Assembly: GCA_964019335.1 (NCBI GenBank)
Contig: OZ025655.1
Coordinates: 682,001 to 746,000 of the forward strand
Direction of reading: 5' to 3'
Length of the DNA stretch: 64,000 bases
Source of the DNA: Diplonema japonicum
Taxonomy: Eukaryota; Protista; Euglenozoa: Diplonemea
Positions 1 through 9,099 of the stretch are shown here, in pieces. The first letter of the stretch is position 1, and every line of letters begins with the position of its first letter. Made by a program: the position numbers and the translations under genes. A model generated the notes under the pieces. It was given only the letters and a program-made list of their open reading frames with translations, ran no database searches and was not told the origin of the DNA.

Positions 1-779
1 TCCGACATCACCACCCCTCCCCCGACCACCATCACAGGGTTCGAAGCTCCTTCCACCAGGCGTGCCGCTTCCTCGATTCCCCTTTCTCCTCCTGCTGAGA
101 GTTCAGGGATGTTGATCTTTGGGATCTTAACCTGTGTTTGTTTGTTTGTTTCTTTCTTTCTTTCTTTCCTTCCTTCTTATTTTCTCTCCCACACACAAAC
201 CTTGTTCTCACCATAAAAGTAATCTCTGGGGATGTTGAGCTGGATTGGACCTCCCTCCCTCACAGCGCTGTCGAAGGCGTAGCCAGTGAGCTCAGCCATC
301 CTCGCAGGGTGCACCACGTGTACCTGCTCCTTCGTGATGGTCTCGAAGATAGGGAGCTGTTCCACCTCCTGGAAGCCCCCCAACCCTTTCGTGCTGGTTG
401 CGGCCTCGGGGGTGATCGCCACCACGGGGCTCCCGGTGTAGTACGCCGCTGCAACCCCTGTCACGAAGTTCGTGATCCCGGGACCGTTCTGCGCGATGCA
501 CACCCCGTGCTTCCCCGTCACGCGGGCGTACCCGTCCGCCATGTGCGCCGCCCCTTGCTCGTGCTGCACAGACAGGAATCGGATCCCCGCAGCGGGGAAC
601 AGGTCCAAGGCGTCCATGAAGGCCGACCCCACGATCCCGAACACTGTGTCTACCCCTCGCGACGCGAGCGTCTCCACGAACGCCTCAGAGTTCGACATCA
701 ACGTCGCCTCAGACGACCCAGCCCACCGGCGGCCCCTCAAGGTCTGAGCTGCACTCGCGGTTCTGGCGTAGCGTTGCAT
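1..779 (-). CDS. xsc: Sulfoacetaldehyde acetyltransferase (TPP-dependent), copy 1; 3' part runs off the window; intron 132-200
   Basis: SEAFVETL..GIVGSAFMDALDLF..HEQGAAHMADGYAR..QNGPGITN..GLGGFQE..QLNIPRDYFYGE matches Xsc. Removing the 69-nt GTTTGT..ACACAG intron restores the frame. Identical to 19568-20346. Confidence 0.85.
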
Positions 780-954
780 TGTTTTTTTGTTTTTGTTTTC
801 TGCTCCCCTTTTTTTTCTCCCTTTTTGTGTGTGGAAACCTGAAGGGGGTAAAATAAAAGATAATACAGGGGTTAAAAAATCGAAAAACAAATAGGTGACC
901 ACCTTAAAGAAAAGCATAATAATGTATACAAGCACAAGCCGGAAGGTTAATGCA

Positions 955-2387
955 TCAAATACTCCTCTTGCCATATGGGGTTGAGTCAGAGGATGCTTGG
1001 GTATGCGACCTTGCACTGCCCTCCTCCTTCTCCGTGTCGAGACCGTAGGGTGTGTCATGGAGGTCTTTGTCGGGGTTATCGTTAGCATTGTCGGAGATGA
1101 CGACATGCCGGTTTTTCCGTGCAGAGCTCTCGCCGCCAGTTCTGCCGGTGAGGCACCCGCTTCGGGCGCTGTCTCCACCAAAAGGGACCATGTTTACAGC
1201 GTATGCAGGGTGCGGCTTGGCAAAAGACGGGGCTTTTGTGTTATAGGACAAGAGATCGTCTAGCCTGCCAGTGTTGCTCTCTTCCATTGGGTCGCCGCCG
1301 TGCATGTTATCCCATGCTGCATGGAAGGCATCGTTGTAGACAAAGCTCTGGTCGCCGTGCGGGTCGCCGTAAGGGTCTGCAGTCTCACACTCCATCATCG
1401 AGGCATCAAGCACCACACCATCCAGCCTCTGCACATCGTCTACTTTCCCCAGTGATAGTGGGTCATGTGCCTCATCCCCCAACGACTCGTCCCTGACACG
1501 TAGGTACCATTTCAACCACGTGACCAACGACAGGCGGTTGCACCCGCAGCACCCCAACAGCTTGACTAGACACTTCATGATAGTTCTGCTGCAGAATACC
1601 AACCCTATCATGCACATCGCTATCAGAATTCCGCACATTAAAGCCACAGCCAACGTCCATACAGGCACCCCGTCATTGCTTTCTTGAATGATAAGAGACT
1701 GCTCCGATAAGTTGAGCGGTATGCTGGCGTACACGACTGTGGCATTCGTGATGAGGTTGGCGGTAGGGTACGACTTTAGAAACCACGCATGACCCTCGGC
1801 GGCGTACAACTGCGCGTCGATGCTGTGTGGGGAAAAAAAATGTGCTGCGAAAAGGTGCGTACCTCCCAGGGTCCGTGATGTGCCGCAGGACGTCGAGGCC
1901 TTCGACGACCTCTCCGAAGGGGGCCAGACCCAGCTGGTCGAATGTCCCCGCGTTTTCTTGTAGGCTGATGACAATGTGTGTGGTGCGTGAGTCTGGCTGG
2001 CTTCCATTAGACACAAATGCAAGGGTGCCCACCCCGTTAGAGGCGAACGGCTGCAGGTGTTTAACCTTTGCATGTACATACCTTGTCGTCGGGTATAGGC
2101 GTGCGCCACATAGCAGTGATCTCTGGAGTGGACGCCACCCCAAACTGCACGCTGTGGTTGGCCCTCACCCGGTAAAAGCCGGAGCTTGTGAAGTACTCAT
2201 TCCTGACCAACTGCAAGAAGCGGTCTGCCGAGTTCGGTGCAAAGTACCTTGTCACATTGATGACCACGGGCGGGGCAGGCTCGCCATTCAACATCACATC
2301 TGTTAGCATCTTCACAGTGAACAGCGTGGGGCTGACAGAGCACGCCACCATCGGGAGCAAGGTACACACGACAACCAGAGAAACCAT
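955..2387 (-). CDS. Cyclophilin-like (PPIase fold) type I membrane protein; introns 2051-2081 and 1823-1862
   Basis: Signal peptide, then APNSADRFLQLV..FYRV..VQFG..SNGVGTLAF..SRTTHIVI..APFGEVVEG, then a TM helix (VWTLAVALMCGILIAMCMIGLVF). Three ORF-track pieces join in frame through 31- and 40-nt GT-AG introns. Confidence 0.75.
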
Positions 2388-2545
2388 TGTGTTATCTATT
2401 TTTGTTTTTTTTTATGTGTCGTTAGCCGTGGCAAAACGAGGGTAAATTCATTGAAAAATGCTTGTGTTGTTAAACACGGCACACGGCACACACACCAATC
2501 AAGGTGGTGCAAAGATGTAACGAAGCAGAAGATTGTAAAATCCTT

Positions 2546-3997
2546 TCACAGCGTGATGTTATAAGTGCGCTTAAGGAGTGGAAGAGCCACATTGTACTGA
2601 TTAGGAGCAGGTGTCTTGTCACAAATATCAGGGAAGCGTGGTGTGCTTAAGTACGCAAAACGCGTAGGAGGCCGTGCGAGGGCAACAGCAGCGGATAATG
2701 GATTGCATTTTTTGAGTTCAGGGGGTGGGGGGAAACGCGAGGCCGTGCCGAAAGTTGTCTTCACAACTTCGGGCTTGCTCCACGACTGCAGTGGGGGCGA
2801 TGTGTCGGGAGGCGGGGGTGGCCCCTTACTCTCATGCTTAGGTTCGACAAACACAGCATTCCGCTTCTCCTTGTTGCGCACTGTGCTGCATATCTCCCGG
2901 ACATCGTACGTGCCAGGCCCCACTCCCCCCTCACGCACGATCTCCGGGAACCGTGCTGCTGTAGTGCCAAACATCGTCCGCAGCACGCACGAAGCCTCCA
3001 CCCTTCCAACCTCCGCATAGCTTGTGTCGTAGAAACCAGGGCCTGGTGTTGCTTCCTTTAGTTTAGGAAACCTTTCCAAGTTAGAACCAAGCGGCTTAGC
3101 GGTTCCTTTATACTTCGTCTCCTTGGCCTTGACGCCGTCTGAGATGCTGTTCTTGACGTCGTACTCACCAGGGCCGAGGTTCACATCGGGTAGCGGCACA
3201 CGGAACAAAGTTCTCTGCTTGCAAGAACCGAACACTTGGGTTGCAGCCTGTGTGGGTACCTTACGTTGGGGAAGGTTGTACCATCCTGGTCCAGGGTCTT
3301 CAGGACGCGCCCCGCTCCGCCAGCTGGAACGCCCTGATGTTGTCCGGAAAGCTGAACTCACCTCATCCCCGACGCCATTCGCAAGGTATGACTTTGTATC
3401 ATAGGCACCAGGCCCCGGAGCCTCACTGACACTTTGCGGTACGTCGAAGCCGCTGTGCTGCTGCCCACTACAGGACAGCATGGCGCCCTTGATAGCGTTC
3501 CTCGCGCGTGCAGGCGGCTTCGAAGGTGGCCATTCAGGTGGCTCAGGGCTAGGCGCCTTTTCCCACTTACCGTCGACCTCTTCGTACCCGAAACTGTTCA
3601 CAGGTATACTAGGAGGGTGTACACTTTTTGCCCAATTGAGCTTTTTCTGCACTTGTGGTTTTTCTTTGCTCAACTTCAACCTGGCACGACTCTTCTTGAA
3701 GTACGCACCTGGGCCTGGTGTGAAGTCCTTGGCGAGGATCGTGTCGGCTACCAGCCTGGGCGACTTCCCCCCCAAGAAGACACCTTTGGCATCATGCGGG
3801 TCCCTGTTGATGTTGTACGCGCAGGGGCCGGGTGTTGTGTTGTGCGAGTCGACCTCCCTTGAGGTGCTCCCGAAGGGCGCTGATGAGTTGCGTGTATCGC
3901 GTTGGAAGATAGTCATGGCGTCATAGGAGCCGGGGCCCACAGAAGGGGCGGTGGGGTTATGCAAACGCGCAACACGATTACCACGGCAGAGCGACAT
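2546..3997 (-). CDS. SHIPPO/ODF3-type PG-rich repeat flagellar protein
   Basis: About nine (P)GPG.Y-type repeats (VGPGSYD, TPGPCAY, TPGPGAY, APGPGAY, PGPGWY, LGPGEY, TPGPGFY, VGPGTY, TPAPNQY). First real ATG is at 3997. Confidence 0.85.
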   Translation of the reverse strand: MSLCRGNRVARLHNPTAPSVGPGSYDAMTIFQRDTRNSSAPFGSTSREVDSHNTTPGPCAYNINRDPHDAKGVFLGGKSPRLVADTILAKDFTPGPGAYFKKSRARLKLSKEKPQVQKKLNWAKSVHPPSIPVNSFGYEEVDGKWEKAPSPEPPEWPPSKPPARARNAIKGAMLSCSGQQHSGFDVPQSVSEAPGPGAYDTKSYLANGVGDEVSSAFRTTSGRSSWRSGARPEDPGPGWYNLPQRKVPTQAATQVFGSCKQRTLFRVPLPDVNLGPGEYDVKNSISDGVKAKETKYKGTAKPLGSNLERFPKLKEATPGPGFYDTSYAEVGRVEASCVLRTMFGTTAARFPEIVREGGVGPGTYDVREICSTVRNKEKRNAVFVEPKHESKGPPPPPDTSPPLQSWSKPEVVKTTFGTASRFPPPPELKKCNPLSAAVALARPPTRFAYLSTPRFPDICDKTPAPNQYNVALPLLKRTYNITL

Positions 3998-4093
3998 GGT
4001 GCCTTGGGGACGTGCCTTGTAAAGTAAGAAAGAAGGAGGAAAGAAAAAAAAAAAAAAGAACAATGACTAAGGATAAGGCTATGACTACACTGT

Positions 4094-4540
4094 TTATTTA
4101 CCCCTTGGTCGGGAAGATGGGGGAGCGGTGCCGAGGGGGGTCCCTTCGGGGATTGTGGCGGCTTGCTTGGCGTCACCGCCTGTCCAGCCAAGCATAGGGC
4201 CGTTGCAGACCATGCCGCATGAAGGCTTGCCTCCGACAGTGGTTTTTTTTATGATCACGGGCTCGCCGTCGACTTCCACTGAAGCGCCGATGGTGGCGAT
4301 GACTGTGAGGAGACCTTCCTTCACGTTGGGGGCGTTGGTTACGACTTGCACCTCCTCATCGCCAATGTCGACCACGATCTGCTTCAACTTCTGTGTCTTG
4401 GGGATCTCTGTGCACTCCTTTACCAGACCAACCTTGTACCCAATGTACCTCTCGTCTACTGGCTTCGCCTCCCCACACGCCTCACATTCTTCGCCACCTT
4501 CGTTTTCGTAATCACAGTCAGCACACGTCCATTCCGTCAT
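4094..4540 (-). CDS. RanBP2-type zinc finger plus tRNA-binding OB-fold (PheT N-terminal/Trbp111-like) protein
   Basis: WTCADCDYENEGGEECEACG finger; YKVGLVKE..KLK..VDIG..QVVTNAPNVKEG..VIATIGA..IKKTTVGGKPSCGMVC. Confidence 0.8.
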   Translation of the reverse strand: MTEWTCADCDYENEGGEECEACGEAKPVDERYIGYKVGLVKECTEIPKTQKLKQIVVDIGDEEVQVVTNAPNVKEGLLTVIATIGASVEVDGEPVIIKKTTVGGKPSCGMVCNGPMLGWTGGDAKQAATIPEGTPLGTAPPSSRPRGK

Positions 4541-4816
4541 ATTAGCAAGTGACCACTGATGGCGTTTTTATGTGTGAAGAGAGAGCTTTAAAAATAAATG
4601 AGCTAGTAAAAATAAAGGAGGTGCGTGTGTGCTTTTGGGGTGGCGAGGAACGAACATAAAGAATCACAACGACATTTGAGTAAGGGGGTGGGAGTAATTA
4701 TTTCTTCTTTTCTTTCTTCATCAAAACTTCCTCGCACTATCCTTGTGCACATGGAGAAAAAAAAGAAGACGAGAAAAAAAAAAAAAAAAAAAAAAAAAAG
4801 AAAAGTTCAATCTTTT

Positions 4817-5089
4817 AACGAAGTCAAGGTGACACAAGCCAACGGCGCTCAGCACGACCACCACCCAAGTGTACCATAAAGTACATGTGGTGGGTGTTTG
4901 TAGCCAAACTACACATTGGAGTGAGCCTCGGTGCCACCTCTCAGCCGCGGCAGGATACGGCATCTTTTCTTTTGCCGAAGCCAAGTTTGTGGTGACAGTT
5001 CTCAGCATTATTGGCACGGACTTTCCTGAAGTGACTCGCTGGGGAGGGGTCGTTACGCACCTAGACCCGCCAAAGATCTTGCCGCCCAG
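4817..5089 (-). ncRNA. Candidate structured non-coding RNA of unknown class
   Basis: High-complexity island with no convincing ORF. Several hand-found helices, including a long-range 5032-5040/4817-4829 pairing, a C(UUCG)G loop and GCUGAGA motifs; followed by a sense-strand T-run. Confidence 0.4.
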
Positions 5090-5124
5090 AAACAATAATT
5101 CCTTATGACTATATGTCTTAGTTG

Positions 5125-5207
5125 TTCGCACGAGCAAAAAAAGTTTTTAAAAAGCTGCGAAAGTTTTTTGCTCGGCACAAGTTGCATATAGTTATAAAAT
5201 CATTTTT
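5125..5207. promoter_or_regulatory. Recurring intergenic element, copy A
   Basis: TTCGCACGAGCAAA..AGCTGCGAAAGTTT..TTTGCTCGGCACAA; shares exact 14-mers with 32851-32864 and 17617-17630. Confidence 0.4.
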
Positions 5208-5429
5208 TGAAAGATAAATATTTGTATTAAAAAAAAAAAAGAAGGGGGAAAAAAAAACATTTTTAAGGTTAGGGCGAAGAAGGGAGATACGTTTTTTTTT
5301 TTTTTTTTTTTTTTTTTTTCCCTTCATTTAACTGCTTCGAATAAAATTTGAGTTCCTTTTTCAAGCTCGGCAAAAAGAGAAAAACAAAAAGAAAAACGGA
5401 AATTTATTTTGCTTTTTTTTATACACCTG

Positions 5430-6491
5430 TCAGCATTTACATTTTTTTTCGCCTCCATTCTTTGTCTCAACTTTTTCAGGGCCGGGACCGTGGTGAAACC
5501 TGTATGTCGCTAAAACGGTGGGTGTGATAGGGCGGGCATGGATGGATTTAAAACTATCACCAGAAGTAGAAGCATGGTAGAGTGTTGGTGTGGTGTGCCC
5601 GGCCTCGTGCTGTGCGACCACGTGCTGGATAAGTTTCGCGATAAAATTTTGCGACACGTCAGAAGGTTCAGCACCGCTCCACATGGGCAGCATTTTGTCC
5701 ATGTTACCATAATGCCTCTCGTTGAAGGGGTCTAGCGTCTGGCTGAGATCGACAACGTGAAGCCCTTCAACAGAAGCAATTTCGAGAACTTTTTGCACCA
5801 TAGGGGTGACCATGCGGCTCAAGAAATTCTTCTGAATGGATCCCGCCACGCAGCCCAAAGTAGAATTCCTTGGAATTCCCGAAATCGAGAACTCGTGATG
5901 TGGGTGATACACCAAAACAGGGACAATAACAGCACCAGGGATGTTTTCTTTAAGCGCTTTCACAATCTTGCTCAATCGTTCATAAAACGCATTTCCTATA
6001 TCAGTGCGGTAGCTTCCGAACCCTGGGATGAGGCTTTTAATGAGCCCGGTTTGAATATCAGCGTGAAGGTACACATCATTTCCTCCGACAGATAAGAAAA
6101 TGTATTTTACATTCTTCAATCGTTTTATGTTTTCAACGCTTTTCACACATTTGCTTTTCGGGTCTACAAGATGCTTGTAGCCGTCCTTGTCCAGAGGGTC
6201 GTCCTCGGGGTGGTTCTTGTGTTCTTCCTCCCTGCTCCATTGGTACCTGTACCACGCATTTTTTTGGGGGCTTCTCTCGATGAAGTCGAAGCTGCTCATT
6301 TGGTCGACAGCCATGTTGAGGCATATCAAATCCTTCGTCTCTGAATCTTTGCCGAGCTCTTCTTCCACCACCACCCTTAGATTCCTCCTTGGATTGGCCA
6401 GCCAGTGGAAGTTATCCAAAACTGAGTCCCCAGCCAGAACCACCTTCCCCTGCAGCCCTGTCAGTCTAGGGAATTGCGACCAATTTGCCAT
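5430..6491 (-). CDS. SGNH/GDSL-family hydrolase
   Basis: Block I VVLAGDSVLDN and block III LSVGGND. Confidence 0.75.
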   Translation of the reverse strand: MANWSQFPRLTGLQGKVVLAGDSVLDNFHWLANPRRNLRVVVEEELGKDSETKDLICLNMAVDQMSSFDFIERSPQKNAWYRYQWSREEEHKNHPEDDPLDKDGYKHLVDPKSKCVKSVENIKRLKNVKYIFLSVGGNDVYLHADIQTGLIKSLIPGFGSYRTDIGNAFYERLSKIVKALKENIPGAVIVPVLVYHPHHEFSISGIPRNSTLGCVAGSIQKNFLSRMVTPMVQKVLEIASVEGLHVVDLSQTLDPFNERHYGNMDKMLPMWSGAEPSDVSQNFIAKLIQHVVAQHEAGHTTPTLYHASTSGDSFKSIHARPITPTVLATYRFHHGPGPEKVETKNGGEKKCKC

Positions 6492-7057
6492 TTTTTTTTT
6501 CTTTTTTTTCCTTTTTTTTTTTTTTTCCTGTTGTCATTAGGACGTCGGGTATTTTGTGAGGAAAAGGTTTATAGAAATGAAGAGACAACAAAGAGTACTG
6601 AAGAAAGTAATTCTCAAGAAGAAAAAAAAAAAACTATAACAAGGTGGGAGAGCGAGAGAGAGAGAGAGGGTGGGAAACGGAAAGACGATGGCAGGAGGGA
6701 GGGCCAACGCTGCAGGAAAAAAAAAAGAAAGAGGTTTACGCTTTTTTTAACAAAGATACGATAAAAAAATAAATAAATCCAAATACCAAAAATATTTGTT
6801 TTGCGGGGATTAAAAAAAGAAAAGCAATTAACAATTTTTTTAAAAAAAAGTAGGGAGGGGGGATGTGTGGTAGAGACAGAAGAGAGAGAATAGTGACAAA
6901 AAAAACTTTCTTTTTTTTTTTTTAAATCAATTGTGTTGATACTGAACATGAATGGGTCTAATGTTGGGGAGGGGGGAGAAGGAGGAGGTATATATAATCT
7001 GGACATATTTTTCAGTTTCTCTTTTCTAATCAAATCCCTGTCTCTCGTGTACACAAC

Positions 7058-8100
7058 CTACCTAGGGTACGGGGGAGAGGTATTTGGAACGGAACAATCG
7101 GAGTAAGCCTCGCTGCGTGCCCTGCTCATGCCCCTGTTGCTAGGATGTGAGGCGAGCGTCGACGCACTGTACCTCCGCTGAGGCGGGGCATGGGAGGAAG
7201 AGGAAGATGAGGATTTAGAAGATTCCTTCGATGCATCACTTTCCAAGTCAAAACCCCCTAAAATATCTTTCAGATTTTTACGTGGTTTCGGCGCTGCTGT
7301 TGGCGGCGACGCTGGCGTATTCTGTTCAGAGACCAAGGTCTTCTGCGTGAAGTTCAACGAATGCTTAAACGGATTAACCTTCGCCGTGGGTGTAACAGGC
7401 ACGGCAGCTACAACAGAACCCCTCCGGCTTGATCCAGTTCCGAAAGAACCTCTCCTTCCCATGGCAGCCCCCATCGATCCTCGCCGTGTAAGTCCAGCGG
7501 AATTAGCACGGGAAGTGGTACTTGCGTTAAATGAATCTGCTCGTCCGCGCCGACGTGATGCAGGCCCGGCACTGTTTCCCCTTACAGTTGTACTGCCTCT
7601 TGAATGTTCTCGTTGATAACTATTCTGAGTTCTCGATAATGGGTCGGTGAACTCATCGGATACCTTCCAAGGGCGTTTAATGTTCCCGCCTGCAATGAAT
7701 GGGTTCACGACAGGAGACAGTCCGTGTTTGTCGCGCTTCTTCGCGTTAGTTGACTTAGTGCGGGTTAGGAAGTTGTTTGTGCGGGTTTCGAAGTCCATTC
7801 TGCGTGGGGTTGCCATGCGTGCTGCTCTGTCGCGTGAGCTTCGATCCGCAGCGTTTCGGACTGCGCAGCTTGCTGCCCATTCTTCGTCGAGGACACGGCG
7901 CCGCTCGGCTTCAAGGTTCCCTGTGCGGGGCATTCTTCTTATAGTCCACCCCTTACGGCCTGACCGTCGGTGAATGATTATAGGCGGCCCGCCAGGTGAA
8001 CCGTTTTTCCCAACGTCGTTCTGATACCTCCATGAGGAGGGGGTTGTTTTGGAAACGATCGTTGTTTCATATCGTGAGAACACGGTGGGGGTGTTGCGCT

Positions 8101-8132
<32 letters not shown>

Positions 8133-8254
8133 CTTCTTTCCTATACCAACAACGGTTCGTCCCATGTGTTCCCGTTGGCGCCGTGGATTGGTGAAATCGA
8201 CCTTGTGAACTGGGATGGTGTCGAATGTGTGAAGGGGGGGCTTTGTCCCTTCAT
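7058..8254 (-). CDS. Hypothetical basic, Ser/Arg-rich disordered protein; poly(A) intron 8099-8146
   Basis: Exon 1 (MKGQSPPF..DEPLL) joins the 7058-8083 ORF in frame via a GTATAG-poly(A)-AACAG intron. Confidence 0.65.
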
Positions 8255-9099
8255 GTCCAGCTTGTATTTTTGACCGTTCATTTTTCCCCCCCCCCCTCTT
8301 TTGTTGCTGCGCTCCCTCGCCCTCCTTTTTTCTTTTGTTTTTTTTTTAAAAAGGGAGAAAGTGTATATGGTATAAAAGGGGGGGAAAAAAAAAGAATAAG
8401 AAATGGGAAGAAAAACCCCTGTTTATTTTATTTTTGCCCGTTTCCCTTATTGGTTTCATATTACTCCGTGTAAACAAAAAAAAAAAAACGCTTTGTAATT
8501 TAATGTGCTCGAAGACCCAGTAGAACGACCTCTTACTACAGACACTTTTGGAATATTGAGGCGCCAAGGGAAATGTTTAATAACGAGGGAACACTAAACA
8601 AATTGAAAAAGTGGAGAAGAAAAAAAAGGGGGGGGTAGCAGGTCATGGGAGATATCGCAGGGAAAGGAACCAATGCATTTAAGAGAGATCCATCCCGTGC
8701 CCTATTTACTTTCGTTCTCCCCTTTTCTTTCTTTCTTTCTTTATTCTTCTTTTTTTTTTCTCGTTTTTCTTTTTTTTTTGAGCATTTGTGTCCATTCTCT
8801 CTCTCTCTCTCTCTCTCCCTTTCTTTTCTTTCCTTTTTTTTTGGGTAATACTCCATTTTTTTAATAATTGTAAAGTGTCTGTTAAAAAAACCCCCCCCAG
8901 TAAAAAAAAATGAAAATTGTCAGAAATCCACTTTCTTCATATATATATCGGGAAATATGGGGGAGGGGGTGGATACAATAGGGGTAGGGGAAGGGGGTGA
9001 GTACAAAGAGGGATGGTGAAAGGGTTTCAAACGTATTGTACAAAAAAAAATCCTTTCAGCTTTTTTTTTTTTTTTAAAGATATCATCTTTAACATCCAC

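Noticed and set aside
780-1181. N-terminal extension of ORF 177-1181, suggesting a longer xsc copy
   Set aside because: Chance read-through into the upstream gene in another frame; identity with copy 2 ends at the ATG at 779.
4872-4885. Resemblance of TGTACTTTATGGTA to the euglenozoan spliced-leader 3' end and donor
   Set aside because: Short, gapped match; the rest of the SL exon and any tandem array are absent.
4817-5089. Firm assignment as RNase MRP/P, SRP RNA, U3 or TPP riboswitch
   Set aside because: Each fits only in part: no ACA-type CR-V, no SRP54-binding loop, no box C, no complete pyrophosphate sensor.
4721-5137. 138-aa ORF, and an LPRLRGG ubiquitin-like end in another frame
   Set aside because: No recognisable domain, and the ORF runs into poly-F; the LRGG frame has no ubiquitin body or start codon.
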